The position numbers and the translations under genes were made by a program. DNA of 64,000 nt from Ruditapes philippinarum (Eukaryota): the NCBI RefSeq assembly GCF_026571515.1, contig NW_026854044.1, forward strand, positions 186,001 through 250,000. Direction: 5' to 3'. Of this stretch, positions 1-15,200 are shown one piece after another (within the stretch, counting starts at the first letter, position 1; the number at the start of each line of letters is the position of its first letter). Under the pieces are notes generated by a model. That model was not told the origin of the DNA and ran no database searches. It saw only the letters and a program-made list of their open reading frames with translations.

Positions 1-779
1 AAGTTCCATAATTTATACAAAAGTACTAAATTTATATAGTATAACGTAAAGTGCCTTAAAGTCGTCATTATCCCATTGTCGTCAGTTTTTTGTATTCTCG
101 TTTTTTCTCGCTCGCGTTATCTGGAAGTACCAATGGCGGCTTATTTTGAAAGGTGAATATATTTTCTATTTAATTGATCTGTTCTACGTTGTATATGCAA
201 ATAACCACTCCTAAAATACGACGAGAAAAACCATATTTGTGTTTGATAGAGAAAGTAAGAGCTGTCGACGATCCAATGTCTTCAGCAGCCACAATGGGCG
301 AATTAAAATTGTAAACAAGTGGCCATTTGTAAACAGTGGGAAGTAACTCTGTCCAATAGATCATATTTTTTGGTTTTGTATTTGTAGCTTCACTTCTAAG
401 CAAAAACTACCTAGTCTATTAAAAGTAACCTTTAAATTTAATGACGACTTTAAGTACCAGTTGACGAGATTTGGGCATACCTTTTGAAAACTGTCCTCTT
501 AACTTAAAGTTATTAATAATTGTTGATAAAGCATATAAAGGATGTTGAAATAACATGTGAATTAGGTTCTGTTTATGTAAAGCGTAAATATATATGTTTA
601 AGATCATATGATATTTTGTATAATTTGTAACGTATAAAAATATAAATGTGAATTAATAAAAATCAAACTAAAACTTTAAATATATTATGCTAACCATTGC
701 TAATCATGGAGCGATATGACTGAATTACAATTGTAATCACATGATTGTTAATAAGGCGCGAGCTAGTTTGAAGTCATAA

Positions 780-1030
780 GGCATAGCTCAATCGGTTAGA
801 GCGCGAGACTTGTAATCTCGACATAGTGGGTTCGATTCCCGGACTTAAAATCGAGGTCCCGTTTATGAGTTTTTAACTTGGCACATTAAAGAACCAGGAG
901 AAGCTTCTGGAATAGGGGCATCTTTCTGTATCTGACTCTTGCACTATGCTCCAAAATATAAAATGACTAATACTCTTCTGGAGGACTCGCCCATATGGGC
1001 AACCGGTGGCGAGTATAAATAAACTTAAAT
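780..1030 (+). mobile_element. tRNA(Thr)-derived SINE, probably with a Deu/Nin-type central domain
   Basis: A box TAGCTCAATCGG, anticodon-like arm GAGACTTGTAATCTC, B box GGTTCGATTCC, then GAGGTCCCG...GGCACATTAAAGAACC and an A-rich tail. No 3' acceptor stem. Confidence 0.7.
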
Positions 1031-1225
1031 ACACCCAGAAGTCAGTCAGCTGTCGTCATTTATTCAAGACAGATTGCATGGTACTGAATGGTGATTGGCC
1101 CCGACAAAATTAAACTTAACTAGTAAAAGCAGGACTTTTCCCAAATAATTTTGTGTAAATTTGTTAATGTCCTGGTTGCGCCACCACCAAAAAATTACAC
1201 TGATTTTCTTTTCTCTTCAGGTATA

Positions 1226-1639
1226 ATGAAGAAATTTGTCCTAACAAACATTCAAGTAGTTGGAATGCACCATTACGGTCGCCGGGAGTTATATCGACTG
1301 GGGTCATACATAGTTGATATCGAGGCTTACAACTCATATGATCCAACCGCCGTGGCAGTATATGATGGCCAACGTAAAGTCGGCAGTCGGAAGCGAGACG
1401 GCGGGAAGGCAATTCACGAGGTTATAACCGCCAATAAGTCTAAATCAAAATACTTCCTTAGACTTATTGAAGAACCTACATGACCTAAGGTGCTGTCAAG
1501 ACGTGTTGTACCTCAACAAACATGTGCTATTGTTTTTAAAATACTTAAAACAGATATTGAGTGTATAACACAAATGGTAAATAAGCACAGCATAATATAC
1601 GCAAAAGTAATGGAATTGCCTTCAAAACGTTCAACTTAA
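1226..1639 (+). pseudogene. HIRAN-domain protein with one in-frame stop (TGA 1481-1483)
   Basis: MKKFVLTNIQVVGMHHYG...EAYNSYDPTAVAVYDGQRKVG fits the HIRAN pattern VVG..HY...E..N.YD..AVAV...KVG. The same frame continues after the TGA (PKVLSRRVVPQQTCAIVFK...) to TAA at 1637-1639. Splice acceptor TTCTCTTCAG at 1220. Confidence 0.7.
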
Positions 1640-2410
1640 AATGTCAAGGTCATGGCTCTTCGTGTTCATGCTAGTTTTTCGTTACATGTAAATTTGTTCT
1701 TTAAAAGCATTTTATATTATTTGTGTTCACTATATTTTGCTGGCTGTATAACATTTAAATATATATATATAACAACATTTTAATAGTATTTGTTTTATAT
1801 CAAACTACGTACATATCATTGTTAAGCTTTAAAATTTCTTTCATATTGTCAGAGTAATTTGCAATAAATGGCATTTTTTCTGGTTTTAGATTCAATAAAT
1901 TTTTTAAGATTTAATCAGTTCTACAAGATTGTTTTTAAAACACCAGAAAATTTGACGACTTTAGGTTCCCATTGACGACATTTAGCTTCATGTGTTGACG
2001 ACTTAAGGGTGCATTTGTCCTATGGTCGTCAGTGAGACACCTGTCTGGTTTCCCGTCTTGTATCATAAATGTTATTTATACAGCATGCGTTAATTTTATA
2101 TTAAAATGGCCAGAAAAGATTCAAGTTTGATTTGATAACAACAGGGAACCAATGCATTAATATATTTCGTTGTGGCGGCGCGTAAAGTATTCAAAAGTGA
2201 CGAGAATAGGGCACTTTACGTCATTTTTAAATTCATCGAAGAAAGCAACAGTTGTAAAATCTTTTTTATGAAATCTATTTCTTGACAACTACATTTCATT
2301 TTCTGAATAAAACGAAAAGGTATAAAATAAAAGGAAAATTATGTTGTAGTAGCTTTCTGAGGCTATGTAATTTTCTACTCGCAACGTTGGAAAATTGATA
2401 TGTCGCTTGA

Positions 2411-3101
2411 CCATCGTAGGCCTGAGTGGTTAATTTTCTCGCATCAAAACGACAAAACCGGTGTTAAATAGCCGATATACACCTCTCAGGCCGATGTTAT
2501 TTTGATTCTAACACGATAAAATAAGGAAGATCACTAATGTTATTTTTTTCAAGCGGAAATAACTTCCGGTGCCGATTTTCGTATAACGCTGTTCGATTTT
2601 CGCACCCTACTGTTGCGAAGATATAGAAATTATTAAACAAAAGAAATAATAAGAAAAAACGTTATTTTATCAAGTTTTCAACAACAAAAAACTTACGTCG
2701 TATTGTGTTTACATCAGTGCCCCATTTATCATTCTTGTATGTATGAAATAACGTCAGCTTGTTTATGAATGAGTTGTTTACTTAAGATGACGTCATTACG
2801 CTGCTTACGGATTGGCGCCGTTTTGTCAAAATATTTATTAACTGATATGAATCAAATATGTGGCGTTAGTGTATGTGAGATATTATTTCGGTATTGTATG
2901 AAAAGAAAACATTATAAGAACTGAAAATATAAATAAAAATGCTTTTTATTGTTGCTTTAAAAGGCCTTGTAAACTATATAATCGAAGGTGAAAATATAAC
3001 AGCCGCATATACAAGTAGTTCCTAACCAGTGTTTATTGGCAGTTTAACACCGTTTTTTTCCTTCTTTGTCCATAGTGACAAATCACGTGGAGTGTTAGAA
3101 A
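2411..3101 (+). mobile_element. 5'-truncated non-autonomous one-ended hairpin element (family A; Crypton-like by inference)
   Basis: Closely similar to 36520-36630 joined to 39222-39759. This copy is the uninterrupted version. Confidence 0.8.
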
Positions 3102-3268
3102 CATCAAATCAACAGAACGTCGTTTGTCGTTATTTATAGATTTATTATGACGTCACGTTATTATTTCTGACGTTGTCGCTATGAACGTCGAATTTTAACC
3201 ACGTCGCCATTGCAACGAGTCTTAGATACTCTTGATAGACGTGTTTTCCTCAGAACAATCTGAAATGC

Positions 3269-6200
3269 ATGTCGATAGTTATTCCAAGAAACGAGGTAAT
3301 CTAAAACTTATTTATAGCACTTTTACTTAAAACAATAAAGAGTGAATTTATTTTTGTTTTAATGTTTATTACGTAGATTTATGTTAATAAGTGAGCTCTT
3401 TGCTACTCCCTCTTGGATGCTATTTTTTTTCTTTTCTATAACCGTATTTAAGTTATTACAATTAGTCTAGTGAAGTTTTGATTACCTTTTCGAGTTAACT
3501 TAGTAATGATCATGATAATCCATGACGTAAATAGTTACAGAAACTAGATCTAAATTTAACATAATTATTTTACCATTTATGTATAATTTAACATGATAAC
3601 CCTATAAATGAAAATGATTAACAGTGGATGATAAAAAAATAATAAAAATGATACCGCGGAAACTTAATATTACAATTTTTACCTTCAAGAAAAAACTTGT
3701 TCACCAATACACCAATTTGAAAACTTGAAGCTAAATGCATTTATAATAAAGCGGTTCGAATTCAACACACACAGTTTAGTTAATTTATTATTATTATTAT
3801 TTTGCAGAATAGACCAATGACATCTGTTGAGACACAAGTCAGCGTGACGGACCCCGAGGGTATCGTGGGCGTCATTCGGTCCTTATACAGCCAGCTCCAG
3901 GAGCTGCAAGAATTCAACAAGTCGTTAATACAAGACCGACAAGATTTGGTACAGACGAGCGAAGATATTGGTACCAGGCTATCGGAACGGGTTACAGATT
4001 TGATGAACACGGCAGAGTCGATGGAGAGAGTGATAAGTGAAGATAGCGCTGCTATTACGTCTACGGATACCGAATTACAAGACCTTCTTAATGAGAAAGG
4101 TGATACCTTTACTTTATGGCATATCAACTGAAATCGACCTTGTTTTTATATGAATTGAAATCAATAATTGATCTTTTTATGGATGAGGTTACAATTTGTA
4201 GTTGTAACACATTTTTTTCTGAGTCATTTAATAGTCAGGGGTTTAAAAGCATAGTTTTTAAAATATTTTAGAGCTTTAAATTACATACGCATAAGAAGAC
4301 TATGTTGTCAAAATTCTTACAGCATATCAACGATCTATAATCAAATGCAAAAATATCTTTAAAATCAAACTGCTATTGTTGTACATTGGTATTCATAATT
4401 AAAGTTGAGCGAACATGAGGTTTTCACTAGGAGTGTCACGTTTATCCGTTTAAACGGGTACCGATACGATCGGTTTTTTTTTAGCTGAAAACTGGTTAGG
4501 AAACTCAATAACCCCATTAACCCGTAACCTAGATTAGTATTAGACAAAGAGCCGCTTAAAAACATATATTTTAAAACATACCCTGAGTTTTTAATAACAA
4601 GATATTACATTTCAGTTGTTTTCTCCGATTGTACACTATCTGATCGTGTACGGTACTGTACTAACAGAAAATAGTTACTTTATAACCGAGCGTCTATTGT
4701 AATCATCGTTGAGTACAACAAAATACAAACAAAATGCCATATCTTATCTTAAAGAAAATCAGTTAATTAATGTTGAAAATCTAAGAACCTTATTACTACG
4801 GACGCGGTTATTAGGTCGCCGTTAAAGCAGCATGCCTCTAGTTCCATGCTTATTTTCATGAAGGTTTTTAAGAATGTATTTAAAGTAAAATATTATGCAG
4901 TGAACAAAGAAAATAATTTAGACATTGCAAACAGCACTTACGAGTACAATCCACCAAGGAGGTGAAAATAATAAAAGAAATTGCCCTTACTGCGTTAGTA
5001 ACGCAGTAGAAATATGGTGATAAATACTGCAAAATCAGCCTCTTTAAATCGGACATAACATGTGAAGCATTACTTGAATCTCAAATCGTTTAACTTTTTC
5101 TAAAAACTTAATACATTTTCCCAAAGTTTAACTTTCTTGAAATTTTTGACTTATCCGGAGGCATGCAGCTTTAAACGTTGACAGTGACACGCCTAGTTTA
5201 CCGACATCCCTAGTTTACCGACACCCCTTGTTTTCACAATCAGAAGTGATTATGTGTTTGTTTCCAGAGAGACTTGAAGCGAAGACTGGAGGTCAATTAC
5301 ATAAACTGACAGATAAAGACATCGCTAATGAAGAACGTATAACTGGTAAAATTTATTCTTTTGATTCTGATAGACAGCAAAGAAAAAAAAACAACAACAA
5401 CCACCAGAATAACAATAAGTTATAAAAGTTGCTCGTATAATATTTTATATAGGTAAAGGGTCCGATTAGGCATTGCTTCAAAAATGTTAAAGCGGATAAA
5501 AACCGATCAAAGTGTGATCCTCGGAAGCATTAATCACAACAAAATTACATGAAAATTGCAGGCTCGCTCTGATTAAGTTAATAAGGGTCTGAGGGTTAAT
5601 GAAAACTGCAACATCCCTTACGCCCCCCCCCCCAGCACCGGCTTAGGCGGTACTCAATTTTCAACACTTAAAAGTGTTGGAATCTATGATCCCGAAGGAC
5701 CAGAAATATATAACAACACTCAAGTCTATTAATGGACCATTCATCATTCATAAGCTATGAACAGTTTACACAGAAAACGAATATTCTTTTTCCCGTCAAA
5801 GACATATCAAAATTTACGCACGGCCGCGTGGCGTCGGGAAAAACAACACGATTTTGCAATACATATACATAACTCAAATCATTTTCACATTTAAGGTAAC
5901 ATTTAAATGAAATGCTTTGAGTGTTTATTATTCTTTTTTTATTTATTTTTTTATTTATAATTATTTTGTCATTGAACATATCAGTGAATATTCATAGTTA
6001 TTCTTGCCCTAAGTTTTCTTCTATTTTTATAGGATTTGTCGAAGAAGAGTTATCCCGAAAAATAGAAGAGTTATCTTTCCTACAAGACAGACTTGAAAAT
6101 GCGCAAAAGGAGTACAAGTGTGAATGGGTAAAGAATTTTAACATCAGTTCAGAATTATCCAGCTATGGCTTCGTGATTTTCATTTGTGCCTAAATATTCT

Positions 6201-9200
6201 ACATCTTTGCTCATACTTTCTTTTGAAGGGCGTAAAAAGACTTAGAGATGGAATATCATAACTTACATAACTATGGTGGCTGATTTGGTACACTTTGCGT
6301 GTGGTGTGTCGATAGCGACAACATAACCTATATCGTTCAAGCCTTTTCGTCTTGTGACTAGCGAAACGGCGCGTTGTCACACTGTCGTCTTGTCGTGCTG
6401 TCTCTAGCAAAGATCGCCAAGCGGCGCGTTGTCGCCCTATCGCTTTGCTTATAAGCCAATCCTTCGACGCACAAAAGCGTTCCAAATCAGCCACAATACA
6501 TAACTGTGTTCGTTGATTATTTATATTAATGTCAGTGGACCTTAAACAAATATAATAGTCACAGTGACGTCAGCGTTCCGACAAAAAATGTATAGTGACC
6601 GTCTGAGCGGAAACTGTTACTTTTCTGTCATACCGCTTAAATTTACCGGCGTGTAACCGCAAGGAATATTTTCACGCAAACTGACTAACGACAGTTTGTT
6701 TTTATTATAAATGTTTTTGATTTTATTTTTTTTTTGTAATTTCAACAATATGATTTACACAATCGTTGAACTTTTACTATCATATTATAGTAAAGTGCGG
6801 TATGATACATGTATAAGGAATAGCACATAGTACTTCGAACCTCAGAGCATTAATCTTTCAATTCTTAAATTTCTAGGATGGATTGCAATCCGACATTTTG
6901 CAATATGAGGCAGAAAAATCCAAATATGAGGAAACAGTCAATCATCTGGAAGAACTACAACTGGCAAAGTTAGTAGGCGCACATTCAGGTACGGAAATTA
7001 TTTAAAAACAACGGAAAAGATATTTGTTTTAATGTTCGGAGACTTATATTTTGAAAATGTGTCAGAGTTAAATCTTATACCCTCTGATGCACATTGCGTT
7101 GACAGCATTGCAGGCATTATAGATACATGTTCTCCAGTTACCGCCATGTCTGTAGGGAATATAGAAAAGCATGCTCGTTGATTGGTTCATGTTTTTCGGG
7201 GTTTACTTATTCATAATTGTAATGACAGTAAAGGGGATAACGATATTAAAGTAATATTAAGTTTTTTGTACATTGGTTACTTTTTTTCTGGGGTTTCATA
7301 TTGTGACGACATGGAACGTGTTTTATTTTTTGCCTATAGATGCTTTTTGCTCATATACTGAGGTTTAATATTGTCGACAGGGAAGTTGTTGTTTCTTGCT
7401 GCCTATGATAGAAAAGAGATAACATTTAAAAGCACTTAGCAGTTTGATTAATACTCGCCGGCTACGTCCGCTCGCACAAATCAGATAATGTTTCGATGCT
7501 CTGTCGTTTATATAAATCCTAGGCTCTAGATATATATTCTTGCACGTTACGATCTTGTTTAACAAGTAAGATTTTGTTTGTTTGCTTGTTTTTGGTTTTT
7601 TCGTCATTTTATTGTAACATATTACGAATTTATAACATTGACCCCGTTAACTGCTGAAGTTTGTTAGCCATTAGTCTAGAGACTGGGTCAATCTGCCCGT
7701 ATACTGGGGGGCAAAGGTCAATCACAATCTGTTCCAGCAGGTAAATCTATAATCTATAACACAAATATGAAACGAATTTTATTAACTGAAACAAAATGAA
7801 TGAACCATCTTTAACACTGTAATAAAAATAATAATAATAAAAATAAAAAAAAATAAACTAAAAGTAATGGCGCTGGTTGAGTCTGGTATAAAAACCGTCC
7901 GGTTAGCTCAATAGTTAGAACGTTTGGTTGTTAATCTGGCGACCCGGTATCGATTACCGGACGGTGCAGGCCACTTTCGTTCTGATTGATCATAAAATCC
8001 GTGTTATGGTCATTCACACTGTACCTATACTCTGGCATGTACAAAATGTATGAGTTCCTTGCGAAAAAAGTGAATGTACTGGTAAACTGCTAGACAGTCT
8101 GCTCAGGAAAGATACGGTGGCTTCTGCTCAGAAAAGATACGGTGGCTAAACTATGCTCTGACTTTCCTGCCGTGATCCGAAGGGTTAACTACTACTTTCA
8201 TTACTGCCAGTGAGTTTGGTATTCACATCACATCATCATTCGCGAATGGTTTAACTGTGGTGGGAGCAGTGGCCTAGTGGTACAGGTATCTGCCTCTCAA
8301 CCCAGGGAGTATGGGTTTGAGCCCTAATCGAGTCGCAACTATGTTTCTTTGTAAGACACCAGTACTTGTTGGTTCCATAAAGCGGGTTCGAAAGTGATTA
8401 ATATGAGTTGCAAAAACTTGTTTCTTAATCGAGCTAAAATAATATGTTTAAACCGATTGTAGTGGATCTGTAACAGAATGTCAATGTCAAACACATACTA
8501 CAGGTGTTGTAGTGACATTAGTGCTTAGATTAATTATCAAAGAATCTTAATAGCCTTCAAACACAAAATAAATACTCACAAATACTAGTAGCAAACCAAA
8601 TATTTCCGTTTTACAAATGACTAAACCTTATAATGAATCTATATTGAGTAAAGTCTTTATCTTGTTTCTTCTTCATTATCTACTTGAAGCGGCCCCAAAG
8701 GGTCTGCAAACCTATATATTCCTGCAGACAAGATGTTATAGTAGATTTAAATTAATTGACATATTTTGTCGCGATGAAATTCCAGATAACTTCAAACTCC
8801 TCACAGTGATAACCTCCCTTGGCAGATTTTACTGATCAAGGGGGCCACTGCCTAGGAGATTGTAGTGAATGACAATACAGAATACAAGAAAGCATTTCCA
8901 AAAATGCTTGGAATCGCCGTTCAGCCATGAATATAGAAATAATATTTCATTTTTAGCCAAATAACTTTTGCGTGTGGTCAACATATACAGCCAACCAAAA
9001 TACTTGATTGCTCAGTTAATTTCTGAGATATTTTTTTTGTTCTGGGTCAGAATGAAAGAGATATCGCCCATTAGAAAAGATATCACAGTAACTAAATGCG
9101 TAGTACGATTATAGTTAGACTACATGCGATACTTTCTTGCGTAATTTACAATAGTTACTTGCTACACATTAAAAATGTCTATGAAAATTCTATATTCTTT

Positions 9201-12200
9201 ACTCCGTCGACTGCTTTGTGATATTTTTTTTCTGAAACGGACTATAACTGACCTGCTATATTATAGGAATGGTGCATTAAAAACACTCATAGTATTAAAC
9301 TCGTCCGGAAAAAAAGCATTTATGGAGTTTTTTTTCTAAAGAAAAAACAAAATATACTCTTATTAAGACTACATTATCTTATCACATGTATCAGAAATGG
9401 CATGTAGCAAAAATATTGCAATTTGCTGTGTCTATCCTGCACGAGACTAAAGACTGGTACTGAGTTGGTACATTGATAATGGTATTTTTCAGTTGTACGA
9501 ATAAGTAACCCGACTAAACATGGCGGTTGGGCTTGTCCATTTATGCATCCCTCATTGAAGTTTTCTGACGTCCATTTTGTTATCATGTGATATTGAATTA
9601 TTCGCTTTGATTGGCTAAAGGCAGGCGATGTACAGGTAGAAGTGTTCAAATCTTGCTTATCATATACATTGCCGTCCAGGAACGGCCATAATAAATAAAG
9701 CTCTGTCATAAACTCTTTTCTTATTTAGTTCAAACTTTCTTTATTTAACAATGCTTACAATTTGCATACTAGGTAATGAAACAACATTACCATAAGTTTA
9801 AGATTTCTACTGGAAGCTATCATCTTACACTGTCAGCGTCTGTCAGTTGAGGATATTTATTTATTTATTAATAATATGAGATAATTGCACATTTTAAATG
9901 TGACCTCAATGGGAAACTTATCAATCGCTGATTTGCTGATCTGTAAGACTCCTATCAGCTTGACCGGCAGGCGGCATAATGTCAATTTAGGTTTAAAGGC
10001 CTAGATCTCTGTCGTTGGACTAGATCTAGATAGTCTTGTATCACTTCACCAGGATATCTACAGCTATTTTCTGAATATAAAAAAATTAAAATTTAAAAAA
10101 AAGAAAGGAAAAAAAGAAAGAAAAATGAAGTCTCTACGTATGCATTGTAGGTGTTTTGCGTTAGATTAAGGTAAGAAGGGTAGATGTAGCTGAAAAAAAG
10201 GTATCTCTATTGAAAGGGAATTTTCTTGATAAGATCGTTAAATGACGTCACACGGATGAAGGTCTGCGTGACTGCATGGTCGCAACTTTTCGGCCTACTT
10301 CATACTTTTATAACGATCAAATTCAGCAGGTATGATAAGACTTGCAAATACATGTATGTAGTCTTACCAGTGTCATATTTGCGTACTGCTCAAGTTTAAT
10401 CTTTTTTTTTCTTGCAGCCCATCACATTACCTTTTCTTTTTCAAGTAAAATAAGTCGAATATAGAAATAAAATGTGTATTGTCCATATTGTATGGAAGCA
10501 TAAACCTGCCCTTTTAACCTGTGTCTTATGACTTTTGACTTGTGACTTAAGACTTTTGACTTGTGACTTAAGACTTTTGACTTGTGACTTTTGACTTGTC
10601 TGTTGAACATGATAATTTGGCGCGTTTTTGAATGAAATATGGCGGACAACGAGTTTTTACATAGAATATTTTTGTTCATTGAATTGTATCAGTTAATTTT
10701 AATAAAATCTACGTTTTAAGTACTTTTCTCGATTTGTTATAGATTGCGTTTTTTAATTTAAATGTTGTGACAGCGCGTCTGATCATCTTTCCTATAAAGT
10801 ACCTATGAGAGTGTAACCTTTAGTTAACTATTGCTTAACAGATTCAGATTTATGTAAACTACTTAATTTCTTCACAATGTGCATTCCAAGCTTTAGATAT
10901 TCATGTAATTAAGCTTTGGGTGTGTAATTTTTTCTTCAAACGTACACACTGCATACAACTTAATATTTGAAACAAAATTTATTTTACATGTAGTAACATA
11001 AGCTTATGCTATGCACCGTAATTCAATTTGTTATCGTTATTGTTTGTCATTGTTTGATCATCGTATTTAGTTTAATAATAATTGAACAACTTTTTGGATT
11101 TTATGTTGATAGTGAAATAGAGTAAATATCAGCAAAATCTTAGTAAAGAGGAGATAAAATGGTATATGTCCTTATTTTGGAAAGAAGGGAGGTGTAATTG
11201 TATGGGTCGTTGTAAGTCCAATAAAACGAGGGTAGTTCAAAAAGTGTATTAACTCGACTTTTTTCTGAAAAACTATTAGAGAATGAGATGTTATAAAAAG
11301 TTTTATTGCATTTGCTAGTCATTTATCTTCGTGCTTTACAACCATATAATGTTGCGAAAATCAATGCACGATGCATATCAGCAATTCATATCAGTAGTGG
11401 GTATGGTTTATATACTGGGCAAAAAATCGAATGGTTATTTGCAAGATTTAAGAAAGAAAAAATACGTATAGTCTTCAACAGAAAGATCATTCTTTAATGT
11501 TCAAAACAAATCTTTATTATATCTTTATTGGTTTTCCAGAAAATGGTCATGTGGCAATAGTTTTCGAACATCTCTTGCTTTGTTTATGTGTTCCTTCTAT
11601 AGTTTAAAAAAAATGAAACAATTAGTTTCTGAAATAAAAGTGAAATCTTTGAGGTCTTTTTCTTTGAAACCAAAAACACCTTTGCATGTACCTCATTGAG
11701 GAAGTTGCATGCCAATGTGAGACATAATACTGCCAATGATGCCTTGCCAACGTGCCAACATGACACAAAAATGCACCACAATTTGACAACTCATGAATTG
11801 GCCTCTGAGACCTTTGCCATAGAAAGATGGACCTGGGCGTGCAGCACAATTTATATTGTAAATTTGGCTAAGCTATTTGAATATCCAATCATCATTTACT
11901 CCTTAAACAAAATGTTTTACAAAAATGTGACCTTTGACCTCTAAGTGTGACATTGACCTTGAAGCGAGGAAAATGTGTGATGTCAAAACATCTGGTAGAA
12001 GTGAACATTTTTGCCAGGTTATATGAAAATCCAATCATCAGTGATTGACTTATATTCGAGACAAGAAACGTTACACCACAATGTGACCTTTGACCTCTAA
12101 GTGTGACCTCTAAGTGTGACATTGACCCATTGACCTTGGATCTTCAAACTTTATATGTAAATGCACATTCATGAGTTATACATATCACATCCATTATTCT

Positions 12201-15200
12201 GTTAATGGTCAAAAGGTCACATTGTGGAAAAGATGACCAACAAGTGCAAAGACTTGAAATGGTCATATAATCTAAGTGCTTTGATCTTAAGCATTCAAAC
12301 TTTCTAATATATATATACACACTTTGGTTCGGTACTGTGACACTCACCATTGACTTTGTTACTTTAAAATATGTGCGGCAGGCATTTCTTACGATGTCGC
12401 ATCATCATCTGCTGTTTGAATATTGTTGATGTTATCTGTTTGAAAACAATTTAAAGAGCCTCGGATAATTTGTACTTTTGTTAATGAAACAGGAGCAGGC
12501 ACGGGCGAACTTTGTTCTTGACATACATTTATAATTAAACTTGTCAGTTGACCTAAAGTCATCGTCATGTTGGAAGATAAAATACAAATGATACATGTTG
12601 TTTAGATTGGGACTTGTCTGTCAAATTTGGTCGGACACATGGATTGATGAATTTCCAATTACATGTATATATTTTTTAATATATTACATCAACAATATTA
12701 CAACAGCATACGTGGGCACGCCATGGTAATAAAAATATCGAAACAAAGTGATCCCTCGGAATAAGCCATATCTGCAATTCTCGTATTTTTATATGCAAAA
12801 CACAAAACACCAAGCTCATTATTGTCATGATTGAAATATTTATTGGGAATACATGTACAAGTGTATATATAAGTACGCCACTACTATGACATTTAGCCAT
12901 TTTATTGAATTTGAGGTGCGGCCATTAACAAAAGTTGTATATATCAACATAAGAATGATATCATAATTGATCAAAAAAGAAAAGAAATCACTGTCGATTA
13001 TCAATGAGGATAGTCTATTAATGTTCAACAGAAAAGGGCTGTCTCTGTTTATCTTCCTAGCCTTGTTGGAGTACCGGTTTCTCCACTGGATGGCAGACCG
13101 TTCGGTGCAGATATCTGCGGCACCACTGAGTGCGATATAGCGGTAGTTACCGGAAAAGTTTCATTAGTATTATCTATGTACATTAGATGGAGGGATTTTG
13201 AAATAATTTGGCACAAACGTTCACCATCGTAAGAAAATGTACCCGTTATGCAGACTTAATGATAAAGGTCAATGTCAAGTATGGGTCAACACCAAATGTT
13301 GACATTTCAGACGAAGGCTGATTTTGTCCAAATGAAATTTTGTTAAAACATCAAGGCTTTGGCTTAAATAAAAAAGAATATATAGCATATTAGTTATAAT
13401 TTGTCCAAGTGACCTTGACCTTCAACTCAGGGTTGCGGCTGTATATAGCGACACCTCGTCTCGTGATGGTGGACATTTGTGCCAAGTTATTTCAAAACCC
13501 ATTCATTCATATAGAAGTTGACGTTAACCTCTAAGTGTGACTTTGACCTTCAGTGCGGAAATGTGTCTTATACTGGGCAACATATAATGATGGTGAACAT
13601 GTGTGCTAAATTATTTCAAAATCCTCCATCCATGTAGAAAGAACAAAGCGGTGACGAACTATTTCAACCCAGTTTGACAGTGTTGTGGAGACATAATTAC
13701 ATATATTTGTAGTAGCTATTTATATATTAACAGCTGTGTAGTCGTGTTGCATTGACGTTTTAGTCGCAGGTTGTCTGCTAACCACACCAATTTATTGAGC
13801 TCGAAAAACAATTGCAATGCCGTTTCAGCGTCATGTGCCATTTGTAAATCCGGTTTCATATGTTTAGCCAATTTTTTAAAGTCTTTATTTCTGTTCTTCG
13901 GAATTGAATACATCCTTTGACAACAAATTACGTCTTGTATATCAACATTAGTACAGAAATCTTGACTATCAAAAAGTTCGGGTTAATTGAACATTACGTC
14001 AGGTTTTCCATATTGAGCTCGTTATTCTTTTGGTGTCTAATAGCGTGAGTATTCCAGTGTTGAGCAATTCGATCAAGGTGTGTTTGAATTAGATCCATGA
14101 AGCAAAATTTCAGATTTACAGAGTGGACTGGGTCGAATTTATCATATCGTCAAGAATCACGCAAGTCTTTTAAAAAGCTGAGCCACCACTGTAAATCTTC
14201 TTGTCGTAAAGAGCCTAACCAACGTTCAACTCGCTGATTGGAAGTACTTTTACCAATTATAACACTTCTGTGTTTTATAAAAGCGTCAATTGCATAATAC
14301 CGATAGAACTGTTGTAAAAGGTATACATCAGAGTTTCTGTTCTAGCATCACAACGTATGATACGAAGTGCCTTTTCAATTGACTTCAGGGAATTTAAAAA
14401 AATACTTTGGAATGAGGTATGGATTATTGTTTGTATCCGATACCTCTAGCCAGATTAGTTTTCTATTTAATCTATCAATAATACCATGGATACAAAAGCC
14501 AAAGGGTTTTAACCTGCAATAACCATCTAAATGCCAAATACAGTTGTGACCTTTCGCACAATAAACATGCCTTTTGAGACGATAGGTTCTTCTCAGATCA
14601 GATGAGTGCCCTCAGGGTCTAAAATCTAAAATCTTCATTACCTCCATAACTTCCTGATGAGTTGTCTTCACATTATGGTTAATTTGAAACCGTTGCCACA
14701 AAAACCTATAACCCATAGTTTGTCCACAAGTATTCAGCTCTTTGTGAATGGTATTAATAACTGTGGGGTTGTGATCCCCGACGTTTTATGTTAAACTTCT
14801 TAAGGAATCTATATAATTGCCGCATTGACAACAAAATTTTATGTCTATTAAATAAAAATCCTAGAATCTCGGTGTATTTGAAACCAAGTTTGAATTATTC
14901 AATAATAAGTTCGGACCTCTGTTTGGCAAATAGGTTGGTACACATCACCACATAAAAAGTGCAAAAATCATTAATATTATGAGCCCAATCTTCATTTTTA
15001 TTTCTGTTCATCTATATCAGTATCTGTCAGTATCTGTAAAGTATATAAAAATAGTGTTAAGAGTCAGGATAATAAGTGAAAATATCTGGTACTATATGTT
15101 CTAGCATAGTATACAGAAAAATCTAACTGAATTGTTCATGTTTTTTATTTTTTTTTTCAATCTTTAACTCGCATGTCAAGGGTTTGCTTTGAATAATACA

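Larger units (their letters stand above)
44..2221 (+). mobile_element. ~2.2-kb non-autonomous TIR DNA transposon carrying a HIRAN-domain gene
   Basis: 26-bp imperfect TIRs: ACGTAAAGTGCCTTAAAGTCGTCATT (44-69) vs reverse complement of 2196-2221, ACGTAAAGTGCCCTATTCTCGTCACT. A TGACGAC/GTCGTCA motif recurs near both ends (61, 78, 442, 1953, 1974, 1997, 2026). No transposase is seen; TSD unresolved. Confidence 0.7.

Noticed and set aside
780-850. Functional tRNA-Thr(UGU) gene
   Set aside because: No acceptor stem or Pol III terminator, and it continues into a SINE body.
1481-1483. Selenocysteine or read-through TGA in the HIRAN ORF
   Set aside because: No SECIS evident. The context GAACCT-ACATGACCT-AAG looks like a small duplication or footprint that introduced the stop.
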